Source: Rhodosorus marinus CCMP1338
Taxonomy: Eukaryota > Plantae > Rhodophyta
Assembly: GCA_029953675.1 (NCBI GenBank)
Contig: JAMWBK010000008.1
Coordinates: forward strand, 248,001-312,000
Direction: 5' to 3'
Length of the DNA: 64,000 bases
The notes beneath the pieces were generated by a model. The model made no database searches and had not been told where the DNA came from. It was given only the letters and a program-made list of their open reading frames with translations. Made by a program: the position numbers and the translations under genes. Positions 1 to 12,300 of the stretch are shown here, in pieces; the first letter of the stretch is position 1, and each line of letters starts with the position of its first letter.

Positions 1-249
1 GGCGTGAATCTTTTCAACAATTGCGATAACTTCAAACGAGCCGCATGGCCGCATGGATGATTCCGCTCCACAGTCCGCCACCCACTAAGTCGAATCAAGT
101 CCCTCTGAGTTTCATTTCCGGCCCTGAAGCAGCTTGTAACTCGCATTCCATCGTAAGCACAGAAGCTATCGTCAAGGGTTACTAGCTTGTGAGCAGGCGT
201 TGCTACGACGTACTGCATGAGGTATGTAACACACAAGATACACAAAAGT

Positions 250-1800
250 CCCTGGCCTACGAAATTGGCCATTGTAGTAACCCTAAATCAACCAAAATAA
301 GCCCTCTGTCAATCCTCAGGTCTCAGCACGCCAACAACCATCCTCCTCCGTCGCCAGTCGAGGTAAAAAAGGTTGAACGGGAAATTCCACGTCTGTTGCA
401 GTCCTCATCCTTCTTCGGGTACATTCCTCCATTCTTATCCAACCCTGTATTTGCAAAAAGTGGATCGTGCTGAAAAGGCAGCTCGCCGACAACCTGCAAA
501 CCGGTCGGAATCTTTGCTTTCCAGGCGACGGCTGCCAAAATGGCACCCCAAAAAAAATCTTTCAGGAAAAATGGAAGCAAATCGTCAGTGCTTAAAAATC
601 GACCAGCAAGGACTTCCCGCACTCAAAAATCCTGCTCAATGGCGAAACTAACCAGTCAAAAAAAGCTCACTTAACCGAAATCTGATATTTTATTGCGAAA
701 CGAGAAATGGCGGGCAGGCAAAAGTCGAAGATTTTGTGCAATGCGGGGCTTGTCAGGAAATCTATCAATGTGTCCATTGATGATTGACTCAATTGACTGT
801 TCAAGGTTGGGTGCACGAGTACAAGTCCACTCATCACCAAACTTAATGGACAGCTTGTCCTCTAGAAGCCTCACGTGGTTTTGTACGCGGATCTCCACGC
901 AGATCTGAACACTTCCCATGCTGAACTAGGCCCCCAACTGGATCTTGCTTAGGAGCGATGAGGCTAGGCAACACCAGGCACTCTACATAAACTCCAAAGT
1001 CGCTGGTTTGCACTGGGGAAGTTGGAAATAAAGCGAGAAAAGTTATCGGTTTGGGCCACATGAGTAAGCAGATCAACATTCAAAAAATGTATCTATTGCG
1101 TTTTTTTCCCCTTGTGTCTATTTTTGATAACTTACCTTGGGCCAAAAAACTTTTTAAAAACAGAAAGTGCCTGCTTACTCCACAGCCCAGGCCCATATAG
1201 TACAAGTACTATTTGTACAACTGGGGTCTGGTCCCCCCTTGTCGTTCTCGTTTCTTTTTCTATCCGATCAGGTGACAACCTACATCCAGGAGTTACGTAC
1301 TTGCCCCACACCCAGGCTACGCTGATAAATTTCTGAATTCAGCATTTATTTTGCGAGGGTTTTGCCAGGATATTGCCGCGATTTTTCGGGCAGGTCGCAC
1401 TTTGCATTTTTTTGCCAATTGGCGGGGTTAGTCCGGGACCCCTTTTTTAGGGGTTTTTTGTGGTCCTGTTGGTTAATTTGTTTGATAAGAAAAGCTCCCT
1501 TTTTTGCCCCATCCGTAAGTTTTTATAAAAACAAACGCGAGGGATGAAAAACCAATGGAATGTGGAAAACCAACACATTAACGAGTTTCTATCGAGTTTT
1601 AAAACAATTGGTGAACCGTCAACAACAACCGACCCCACTTCGAGGATTCGAATGGTTCCTATTGTAGTTTTCTTTTTTTACATAACACACCGGTCCGAAA
1701 ATCGGGAAAAAAAGGGTGTTAGAATAAACACGCTCCTCGTCCCAAATATTACCCGGGCCCAGGGGGTAGCAGAAATCCACTTTCTGTGGCCAGACCACTC
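250..1800 (+). mobile_element. Heavily decayed Ty3/gypsy pol remnant (RT end, RNase H, integrase)
   Basis: Degenerate motifs appear in pol order across shifting frames: NLMDSLSSR (~NxADALSR), GHMSK (~GHxG of the HHCC domain), ACLLHSPGP (~GLLQPLP), RDPFFRGFLW (~SDRDPRFTSxFW), TNGM..N.L (~QTDGxxERxN). Many stops and frameshifts. Confidence 0.4.
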
Positions 1801-2048
1801 CAAACGGCAGAAAAAATCCACATGTCTGCACATATATTGATTGAATACAGCAAGCGTCATAATATTGACTGAACATCAATCCACGCGGTTCTTCGGTTCT
1901 TCGGTTTTTGGGGTTGAAACAATTTGCTCCGCACGCAGAGAAGGATATCGATCATCCTGTGTTTCCCTCAGTTAAATTTTCAGTGGAATTAGGAACTCCT
2001 GGGCAGAGGGTTTGCGTTTGTTCAAAGCGCCTTGCTAGTGCTTGCGTT

Positions 2049-2080
2049 GCGCTGCGATAGGTAGCGCTGCGATAGGTAGC
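2049..2080. repeat. 15-bp tandem duplication GCGCTGCGATAGGTA x2, with a partial third copy at 2145-2156
   Basis: Read directly from the sequence. Confidence 0.85.
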
Positions 2081-3286
2081 AACCGAATGAAGGGTAAGGG
2101 ATTCTAAGTTCCCGCCTTTTCCCTTCCCGATATAATTTGTGTTTCGCTGCGATAGGCTGCTGCCGAGTAAAGGTTGCGATGGCTGATTCGCCAGCTCCTA
2201 CTGACGTCATAGACCCAGCAGTAAAGCTTCGGCAGGCCGAGGTCGTGCTCTAAGCGGGTACCTGCTTCGGGACTAGGAGAGTCGGTGCAGCCGTCTCGAA
2301 GAAAGCTCTAAAGCCTACTAGGCACAAGAGAAGGAACGCGCTGCCCCACATTCCAATGGACGCAGGCGACGCAACCACATGGGGGGGGGGGGGTGGCTCG
2401 CCTTACCCAATGGCTTGTTCTTGGCCAAGATATCACTTTATCACAGTTCACCGCTACCCATTCAGGCCTCCGTACGTTCCAGAAACGTAGGACACGGAGT
2501 ACAACCATAATGCAGTTGAGCGCAAAAGCAATTCGGTGAGGAGCTGAAACGAATTGCATCCCCCCCCTCTGCAAGTCCAAACCCTTTGCGCAGAAATCGA
2601 GCCATCTGAACATCCAAGTTTCGGCTTAATGCAGTGTGGGTAGATGGCAGAAGGCGGCTGGGCGCTAAAAACAAAAGAATCCGGGTAAATTTCGATCAAC
2701 AGTTTTAGCAAAACACACGCAGGCCGGCGTACTTCCGTGAAAAGAGGGTAGCGGGCTAGCTGCTCTAGTCTTGGGAGGCTGCGCATGCGGATCTCCCCAT
2801 AGCAAGGGTCGAAAATGTTAAACCCGCAATTCGACCTGAGCGAGGAATTTTCACCTCGAATTCTGCGCAGGGGTGGACAGCGCAGACCACAATTCAACGA
2901 GCTAAGTACGACATGCGTACCTGTGCCCTATCACAAGCGCCAACTATTTCCCCACGTTCAAGCGTGGACCAAAAGTCGATCTCACAAGGCAGCGTCAGGC
3001 ACGTAAAGCAAGGTCTGAAGCGTGGAAGGGCCCCGCGCCGTGGCAATGCCTACTGGCATATGACAGCTGCTGAAGGAAATGGCCTAACTCGAAAGAAGAA
3101 AACCGAGAAATAGACGCGAACATGTGCACCAGATAAAAGCATCTTTACACTCTTCGGTAACGCAAATATATTCAGCCTACCCCTCAACCACATACGCGAA
3201 TTGAGGAACCACAGCAATCACTTCTAATCATTGTTCGCTTAAAAATAAATATACAACAGTCAGCTACGACATCCGCTCCTTTCCAG

Positions 3287-4856
3287 CTAGTTGCCCTTCG
3301 CCTTCGTCCCCATCCCGGGCACCAAACCCATCAGCCACTGGCGTTTGCTGGTTAAAACATCCGAAAACTGGTTACTCAAGCATGCCGCAATAATTAAGAA
3401 TCCTCCGAAAATACCCTTCGTGGTCAGACTTTCATCCAGGAAAAACGCGGAGAAAGCTGCGGCGAAGAAAGGTTCGGTGCTCAGAAGCACTGAGAGTTCC
3501 GACGCAGACACCTTCTTCAGAGCAAAGTTCTCCAAGACCACTGCTGCAGCCGTCGTTATTAAACCGGTATAAAGCAGTGATCCAAAGATAAGGGGGTCTG
3601 ACGCAGCGACCGTAATTCCAGACAAATCGAAACTACCGTACAACATTAAAGAGTCTACCACATACCACAACCCAGCCAAACCACCGACAGTGGTCAATTG
3701 TGCTGCGCTTAGTGGCATGACAGACGTCGGGTATCTGACGTGCACAAGAAAAAAACAATCTTAGTCAGGCAGCCGTGGGCTACATCGGGAAAGACGAACT
3801 GAGAGCAAAGCGACGACGGCATGCTCGCTGTAGAAGGTGGCTTACTTCGCCATTGCTCTTTCATTGGCAACGAAGCCAGCCGCAAATGCCACCGCCTGGA
3901 GAAGTCCCAACAGATCACCTATTGACGGGGCTGCTTCACTGCTCAGTTCAAGGAGGCCAACGCCTGAGACGGCCAGTAGGATCGAAAGAATTGGTGCCGA
4001 TTTCTTCTCGGCCTCAAGTTCCCTGTTGCAAAACAGATAGGACTATGCTTAGACTCAAAGGCAAAGAATCGGTGACAGGTTATTCCACTAGCAAGAACGG
4101 AAGGGAGCGCGCTCCCCAACCCAGATAGAATAGGTTCCACACTTAACACCAAGCGGCGACTTCGCAGCCCACTACGGCTCTATAATGTACGCTCCTCTCT
4201 ACACAAGTCTTGAGCATATTTGGATCGCATACTTACTTGGCAGGGAACAAACTATTCAGTATTGGCACGAACACAACGGCCAGCGAGCAGAGAAACGCGA
4301 TCTTATTTGAATCCGAGTACCTCAACGCGTTTGCTTGTAAAAAGTAACCAGCAAACACGTACTTTCCAATGTCAAATCCCCGAAACAAAACTTCTCTCGA
4401 AGCCCCAATCATTGCCGGACTCAGCGCAATGGCAGCTAGGCCGAACCGAGCCATTGCCGAAGCCGAGCTACGAACCGAGTCATCGAGGAGTTTCACAATT
4501 CCAAAGTTGGTCCCCCATATACCAGCGACGAGAAGAAGAAGAGCTCTTGGCCACAAATAATCGAAAGCGCTCCGAGCAGTACCCTTCTTTTCATCTGCGG
4601 CCTCTTCTGTAACCGCCTCCTCTGTGCTAGATACCATCTCTCTATGTTCATCTTCTTCCGAGATAGCATCTTCAAAAGTCTTAGGAAACTTTCCACTGCT
4701 TGTAACAAGGTCTTCTAACTCCCGATCTCGTAGGGAAACTCGCAATCGCACTGTTGGAGCACGCGCGCAGGTACTATGAATGCGACCCGTCAGCGGGCTA
4801 TGCACAGTGTGGGAGGGCAAAAATCCCAAGTGACTGCGTCGAGACACCCAAGCCAT
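3287..4856 (-). CDS. EamA/DMT-family drug/metabolite transporter, multi-exon, probably plastid-targeted
   Basis: ORFs 4233-4994 and 3287-3745 give two EamA repeats: WGTNFGIVKLL, IAFLCSLAVVFVP, LYTGLITTA...ENFALKKVSASELSVLLSTEPFFAAAFSAFFLDE. The N-terminus from MAWVSRR (ATG 4856) is S/R-rich. GT-AG introns between the ORFs. Confidence 0.85.
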
Positions 4857-5836
4857 CACGAAAGCAAAGATCGAAAAAAGAAAAAAACCAGACCAAGTCC
4901 TACTCCACCAGAGCACTGCCCACCCCAACCCCCAGCACCCACGCAGACAACTTATTCTCCCTCTCCCCACGAAGTAATATACACACCCCTTCACTCAAGA
5001 AATACACCTTCACTGTGTTGCGCCCACATATCTGCATCGACGATCAAGCTGCAAGATTGCCACTCAAATCTCTAGATGCTGAACCCCCCCCCTCCCCACA
5101 TCGGCAGTTGCAATTCTCAAACAACATATTTATCGAGGAAAAAGGCACACTGCATTCTTGCGGGGACATCAAGTAAATCGAAAAACCCTCTATAAACGAC
5201 TGTTTTCTCACAAAACGGAGAGATACTCGATAACAAGCAATATGGCAATGAAAGGCGGTCCTCGAGAAATCCTCCATCTGGCGCCCAACAGCGATTACTG
5301 CTGTGGGGCATACGAGGTTAGCATGGAAAAAAAAACAATTCAATGACTTTCAAATCGTTAATTGGCCGAGAACCTTGGTGATTGACCACCAAAACGCGGC
5401 CTAAAGCAAGTTACGAGAATTAATTGGCTCAAAATGGACAGCTGTCAATACAGACGTTCTTCATTGGTAAGAAAAATGGATCACCCTCGACCGAAGTCCG
5501 CAGATTCTATCTTCTCGAGGCGAAGCGACTAGAGAAATCTTGAAACACTAATCAATTTTCTCGGACCGACGACCTCTGCTTCCTGTGAGCCCTTGCCTTT
5601 TTTTTCTGACCTCGATGTGCATTAGGCTCCCAAAAAATACTCGAAAATATTTAAAATTCAAATAAATCTTTACTTTTCAGGCCCAGACGCACCAGAAGAT
5701 ATTTCATGAACGGATGGGGGGGGGGAGGGTGTTTTGGGGGTTGGAACGCAACAGAATGGTGTTTTCACACACGTTGGAACACCGTATTTCCACGCTGTAT
5801 CAAGGGTTGGCACTTTCTTAACGTATCGCACAGAAG

Positions 5837-6900
5837 ATGGATTTTTTCAAACCTCGAACGAATGTTGTGTTCAAAGTTGATTCTCGGGGGCTCTCTGGGT
5901 ATATGCTGCAGACCTGGCACCAAGGAGAAAAATGCGCACACGATGTGCAACCCAAAAACGGCCTGGGTTCGATTAGCGTTGAATTATTAATTCTTTCTGT
6001 TTCGGTCAATCAAAAACAGTTTCCAGATATTAACCGGTGCTCATTAGGCTTTGAGTTACTGGTCGGGAACGTCAACGTGATTTTCTTTTCAATACTGCAG
6101 CTAGGACCAGGGTTTGTCCTCCCGTCTATTGGTTTTCGACCACAAGACAGCTTCTACCGTCACGTCAATGCATTGCGCGGAAGGGTGGCTCAATTCAATG
6201 ATTTCAATGCCATTCTGCTCCGAATGACGGAAAGTAGGCTGTTGCGGGCTAGGGTTTTGGTTGACCCAAGAGCAACCTGCGTCAACTTCCATTTGGCATG
6301 AGCTCTCAAAGCATCTGGCGACTGCATTGCTGGCTATATAGGGTTTTGGATGACCGAAGCACAACCCTGATGATACGGACTGCCATTCAGCGACGAGGCT
6401 CCCGAAGGATTTGATTCCAATGGTTGCGAGATACAGAGTTGTAGCTTATGACTGGTTGATAAGGATTCCTCCGAGACCATTGAGGAAGAAAATAAATTTG
6501 CGAGCTTGCAAGTTCACAGGGTATATGAGAGGACTTTGGAAGGCGGAGCCTCCATGAGCTCTGATACCGAAAACCCTTCCTGGTTGATTGGGGGCTCCGG
6601 ATAAACCTAGGACTTTGTCTTTTGTCGTAAGACCTTGGCATGTTCAAGTCACCTTCAGCAGCGCATAGTAGGGTCTGCCTCAGGAGAAGAATGGAATCCT
6701 CACGGGGTGAGAATGGGGAGCATAGACCACGAGTCGTCTCTTTTTGCACAGGGAAACCCCTTTGCTGCACGAGACCACCCTCCATGCACTCAATGAGACC
6801 TACGTGAAATGGTGTTCGACGGGCTTCGGATTAACCCCACCACGCTCCCAATTCTTTATGGGAAAAGCGTCATGACCAGAGACCAAGCGTACTCTTGCCT
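5837..6900 (+). pseudogene. Possible decayed protein-coding sequence, family unidentified
   Basis: 154-aa open frame (5837-6301), then protein-like text interrupted by scattered stops. No motif recognised. Confidence 0.2.
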
Positions 6901-7223
6901 CCTGTAGCGTCTAGTCCGGGGCCAACGGAAAGTCCCTCAGGCAGAGGAGTACAGTGCGTAAAAAAAAAAGAAGGGTCGGAACATGACCATGAGCGTGGCT
7001 GGAGTCTCGGCACTGGTTCCTCGCTTTCTACGTTTAACAACAACCCTAGCCTCAGAAATCCCGGCTCTCCACGTCTGGCGTTGTTTTTTGCGAACCCTCT
7101 CGATTTCGCTACATTGATTGCATCGAATAGCAGTGTCCCAATCATTGGATCCGCACACATCGAGGTCAGCGCCTATATAAGTTACGAGTTTCATAAAATC
7201 TCCTCGAAACCTAGGAGATTGAA

Positions 7224-8250
7224 ATGGAAACGGAAACCGAAACGGAAACACGGGCCTCCACACATTCGTTTGCTGACGGAAAGCGGTCAGGGAAGGTCCT
7301 CGGTATTAATAATATTATTCCATTCCCCCTCAATTCCATAAAATCTCCCTGATCTTCGCGTAAGGCCGATGAATAGCAGATTATCCGGTGCGCCTTGCAG
7401 AAGGGTTCAGTTCACAATGCGTGTTCAATCATTTACTGTTTCTGGGCTCCACAGAACAAAACTTGATTTTTAGGAAGCAATGGGAACCATCAAGCAAATT
7501 CTGGCCTTATCGCAATCAGAAAGCCAGATGGGTCAGTCTGTCCGTATCGAACTCGATGAGCAACCAGAAGGACATCTACGGCTGTCACAAATTTATCATC
7601 CTTAGACCTTCCTTACGCGCTATACAAAGTACTATACCCAACCAGTTGACCATCGTACGTTGCTCACCCGGGACTGTTGTTGCGCAGTCTGGTTGGCTGG
7701 TTAGTATGTTTTCCTCATTATCGAATGCTCTGATCTAGTCAGTTGCATAGTTTCTCGTTCTCCCCATAGCCTTTTTCGAATCGACCCAGCTCGCCTTGAC
7801 AGCCTCCTCGCGCAACGGTCTTAATATATGTGGTTGTGTGTCTGGCGTTCAAACGCTCTTTGTCGCTGGACGTACATCCTCGCCGCTTCTTCACGAGGCT
7901 AGTTGGGCTCTGAACAATGTACTACTTGTTCACTGCCAAAGGAGAAGCTGGTTGACTGAGACTCAAAAAGTCAGACCCTTCATATCACCCGCAACCGGTC
8001 AGAAATTAGCCAAGCATTTCATTCTTGTGAGATCTTTTAAGCCATTTCAGTTTCTTCCAAACCAGCCAATACGAGACAAGCAAGCTAAGAAGAAAATCTG
8101 TCTTGCAATGTGCAAATCAGTATCATCAAGCTGCGTCCATTGAGAGTCGAAAATGCTGCCAACAGTTGTGGCCACGTTCACATACTCGAAATTTCTTCTA
8201 TAAACAAGATAGACAAACACCTCCATCTCAAATACTGTTTTCAATGATAG
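7224..8250 (+). pseudogene. Possible decayed multi-exon gene starting METETETET
   Basis: TATA-like TATATAAG near 7173 and CCAAT near 7138 lie upstream of ATG 7224. GGAAAC hexamer repeats. Exon-like stretches (EAMGTIKQILALSQ...) carry several in-frame stops. Confidence 0.25.
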
Positions 8251-8500
8251 TAAGCAAAAATCGATTAAAAAAGCTGTGTTTCATGGTGGCATGCAAGTTT
8301 TTCGCGAAATTTTTGAACGTATATTAGTTGATTGCGTCGGCTCTCGCTGGCTTCGTGGGCTCTTTCGTCACAGCCCAAGTCGTCTTGATAGCCTCCTCAC
8401 GGAGCTGTCTCTGACCTTATGGCGTCCAACGCGGCTTTATTGTTCGACGCGCGTCATCATCGTCTTGTTTCTCGCTTCTCAGGGTAGTTAGGCTCTGATA
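7775..8500. repeat. Diverged direct duplication, ~7775-7915 vs ~8363-8500
   Basis: Shared blocks CGYCTTGAYAGCCTCCTC, TGGCGTYC and TAGTTRGGCTCTGA occur in the same order in both copies. Confidence 0.75.
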
Positions 8501-8800
8501 AACTGATGATGAGATTTTAGCATATCTCATGGAGAGCCAATGAAAGCGGTGTTACACTTCACCATGGTAGTTGGCTTTTGCATGTCTGCCAAAGTTCGGC
8601 ACAAAGGCAGCTTCATTTTCTAATCTAGTAGGATCGGAGGTCGTTAGGTCTTTTTTTCGTGCAAACCCTACATAACATAAGTGTCTTTCAAAGAGCCTAT
8701 CGACATCTCAAACATCTAAACTTGTACAAGGTCAAGCAGCATGCTGTCATGACGTAATATAGATATGAATTGAGTATCTACCGCAATTTCTCTCGTAGGC

Positions 8801-8960
8801 ACATTGTTCGCAGTCCCCTCGAAGCAACATGACGCTATTGAAAAGCTGTGGGCGGCACTCATTGAGCTACACACAAAATTTTGCTGGTAATGACATTGTT
8901 CGCAGTCCACTCAAAGCATCATGACGCTAATGAAAAGCTGTGGGCAGCACTCACTTGCCG
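8801..8960. repeat. Tandem duplication of ~68 bp with a 92-bp period
   Basis: ACATTGTTCGCAGTCC...CATGACGCTA.TGAAAAGCTGTGGGC.GCACTCA at 8801 and 8893. Confidence 0.9.
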
Positions 8961-9329
8961 CTGATCTCTTCAGTGTAAGCTCTTACGCGGTTGTAGTTCA
9001 AAATTTTGTGCCCCACAATCTCGATATGAACAAGATGATGGTAGCGGAAGCACGCCATACCCTGCTCTCCAGTGACCGTGATCGAAGCATAGGATTCACA
9101 GTACACGATGGCCCCACGAGGCTTGGGAGTCCAGACCATTTGCTCAGAAGTGAAAAGGTGGAAGGGCTCTGATGTGAGATTACATATCCGTGAGGGATCT
9201 TGTGACAGTCGAGGGGAAGGCGGACCGAGAACATGCTGCTGGAAGTGCATATTCGGCAAATGGAGAGCACTCTTTTGACTCCGAGAACCGGATTGCTCCC
9301 ATCGAGTAGTCTGGTACAAGAAGACTCGC

Positions 9330-10510
9330 GAGAAAGAGGGCACGCTTGACTCCTCTCAGCATAGCAGAACGTTTGGCCTCGTGAACTACAATTCTTGACT
9401 GCTGCGATGTAACGGACGAAGATTTCGCCACCATTAAGCTCTTCGATGAATCCGTTCGAAGCTCTGCTCCAATCGCTCTCCGCTTCATGCTCGCCACGCT
9501 ATGTTGCGGGCCCCAAGGGCATTTCTGATTAAAGGGTTGAAATGTGTAACCTCCAAAAATTGGAGGTTACAGATTCTTGCCGGATACGTCTTCCAGTCCG
9601 TGGCGCTTCACACGACGGTGCCGAAAAAAAAAAAAAAATCCGTTCCTGTTGGCTTTGGCGGTAGTTTTCGTTCCTATACTGGGCAAGCTGCTACCAAATG
9701 CTACAGTGCTGGGAATCGGCTATACAAACTTAACTCCTACGGCGGGGTTAAGTAACTCCTACACGGGATTATCTTTTTCCCTCATCCAGGACATTTCGTT
9801 TGCTGGGAGGTTCCGATTACTGTGTCTTAACTCATCCTTTGCTATTGTAGGAATGTACGAGCCAAGGCGGACATTACAGCCGCGTCCATTCTTTTCGCCG
9901 TCTTGGCCGCTGGCTCTTCGGAATTAGGTCATGTCAGACCTGTTTTGGAGGGGGATTTCTATGGCCTTCTCCAAAAGATCATGTCGTCGTGCAGTTTTTT
10001 TTTTTCAATGAACGAGCGGCTGTGAAGTGAGCATGAGATTATCCTTTGTTCACTTCCTATGAATATGACACACCTCGCATGCTCATCGGGGACCCTGTCG
10101 GTTTTCGGACTCAGGGTTCCCGGCAATAGCTTCGCGCTTGTTTGTCGGCAGAGCAGCCGACAACCGTTGGGGTGGAGTCGATCTTGTGGTGTTGTTTGGA
10201 TTTCTGCACTTTTCCATGGTAGCTTTGGCGCCGATTGAATAGCAGCTGCGGTTGCCAGTCCGCAGGTAGCTGGATCTCTGTCTGGACTGGTGTGTTTTCC
10301 ACTGCTCTGGCAATCGGTCTGGAGAACGTTGTCCTGAGCCAAGTTTCAGCATCTGAACTGGCCCTGATCCTCCAGCACCGGGCCGTTTATAGCCACTGCG
10401 TTCTACGCCTACCCCCACCTATTGAATGAGAGCTTAACACTGGAGGGGTGGTGGGAGGATTGATTAGTGCTCTTGGATGCATCGTATGCCAATGTCGGCA
10501 AGCTGAGTGC
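9330..10510 (+). pseudogene. Pseudogene paralog of the EamA transporter, in opposite orientation
   Basis: WPRELQFLTAAM*..FATIKLFDESVRSSA, LAGYVFQSVAL, FLLALAVVFVPIL and WTGVFSTALAIGLENVVLSQVSASELALIL are collinear with the intact copy. Stops, frameshifts and an A14-15 run disrupt it. Confidence 0.8.
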
Positions 10511-11079
10511 TCCATCTCATACTCATGCCTTGGCCCAGGGTTTGCTTGGCGCAAGGAGAAATCGCAGAAATGGGTGTAAGGAGGAGGGCACTAATAAGGA
10601 ATGATATTCAAGGCCGCGAACCTCGCTGAGCACAAGGGACACGCAGCAAGGCCGACAAGGGCCGAATCGGGTCCCCAGCTGCTTGGCAAGGACGCGCGGA
10701 AATATCAATATATGAGTTGTAGTAGAGTTGGAGAGTGGTGGGTTCCCGGCTTTGTCTTGTGGTTACGGTCCCCCGGAAGTAGCTGCCAAAAAGCCTGATG
10801 GACCCTATCGCCGGGGTCGACTCCTCACTTACTGAGACGAACAATTCTAGGTTGGAGTCTGCGTCTTCGCGCCTCCTCGTCTTGACGAAAGTATTTTATT
10901 TGCAGATGCACATTAGTACATGTATATAGAATTCTACAAAAAACAAGAAAATCTGAAACCTGAACATAGTGGAGGAATTATTCACATCACTGCCGAACCA
11001 AACTTGGGAGCGAGATTCGTGACTTTTTATCATCCAAAAACGAATCCTCTGTCTAAAGCTTTTTGACAAAAGGTTCAGT

Positions 11080-12167
11080 TCAGTTCCGCGAGGTTTGAGG
11101 AAGCAATTTTTTATCCTGCGGCAGAGGGGCGATCCAATGGTGGAGATATCAGGTCTCATTTGGCTGAATAAGCTGGCATTCGGTTGGCAACGAAAGTATT
11201 GACTGTAGAATGCTTGAGAATGACCTACCTTGTGAGCTTGCTTCTTTCTCCTCTTCTCAATGTACTTCTTGACCTTGCCTTGGCTCTTGAGTTGATCGTA
11301 CTTGGCTTCCAATTCCATTCTGTCCAACTCCCGCCTGAAGTCAATAAATTCGAAAGTCAGGAACTTAGCATCGGAAGAGGATTGCGAATTGAATTCTATC
11401 CCGTATGAATCGTAGTCGGATGCCCACTCACTCTGAGGCAAAGAAGGGGGTTTTACCAAGCCTAACTTTTTCTCGCTCCTCCGCTCGTACCCTGTTCCTG
11501 ATTTCTCGTCGAGTTCTCTGAGCCTGCGAACGTTCCACAGCTGCATTGAGCGTCTGCAGTTGCTTAGCCATTTTCCTCCTCACCGCTGGATTTTTTTCCT
11601 CTGCCATTTCCTCCGCGAGAGCCATCTACACATCGGGAACAACATAGGAGGGAATTTCTGTAATCAGCATTTATGAACAACAAATAGGATTTCCATCGAT
11701 CCTCGCAATACTACTGTTAGAATTTCTGGACTGAGATAGACGTTCATATCTGTATATCTCGGGACGAAACTCTTCGCAACAAGCCAAATTTGCGCAGATC
11801 TGAGCGAACATGGAAGTCTACATGGGCCCCGTACCTTCTCCTTCTCCTTCAGCTCATCAACAAACCCGTAAGCTTTGTCATGTAATCCTTGGTTGAAATT
11901 TCCACAATGTTCCTCAAACCTCGGATCTACAGACTTTCTCTCTCCAGCTCTGTTGTTGGAGCTCACGCCTCGACCAGCGAACGGCACGGTTCTGTTACCA
12001 ATGGGCTCCTCTCTCGGAACAACTTTCTTTGTTCTTTTGCCAACTTTTCTAAGCGGTCGTTTTTCTCCAACTGAGTGCGCCTGAGCACCCGGCCGCTGCT
12101 TGTCACTTCTGTGTCGCCGTCGAGCATACTCCACGCGCTCTCCCAGAGTGGCCTCCGTGCCGTTCAT
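11080..12167 (-). CDS. RRP36: rRNA biogenesis protein RRP36 (DUF947), multi-exon
   Basis: DPRFEEHCGNFNQGLHDKAYGFVDELKEKE; EEREKVRLGKTPFF; LEAKYDQLKSQGKVKKYIEKRRKKQAHK|DKKLLP. Canonical introns. Confidence 0.9.
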
Positions 12168-12300
12168 AATGATGATTTGAGATTTGCTTCAATGCCTTCC
12201 ACGTCGCAAAGACGAACCGGTCCCCGTCAGACTCTGACAGAGTTCAACTTCAATTCCAAACTGGTTCAACCATCCGCAGTCAATTCTTGTCCCAAGCAAC

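Noticed and set aside
843-1079. pogo/Tc1 DDE transposase motif on the minus strand (FLALFPTSPVQTSDFGVY)
   Set aside because: A single weak resemblance; the plus strand gives several ordered gypsy pol motifs instead.
1945-1957. 13-bp match GATATCGATCATC with ~25134-25146
   Set aside because: Matches of this length are expected by chance in 64 kb, and the flanks do not align.
2179-3113. Possible decayed gag/ORF1-like gene starting MADSPAP
   Set aside because: Several stops and no diagnostic motif (no intact zinc knuckle), so it cannot be assigned.
5400-10800. Stop-codon reassignment explaining the interrupted frames
   Set aside because: Intact conserved genes end with TAA, TAG and TGA and have no internal stops; the interrupted frames also contain frameshifts.
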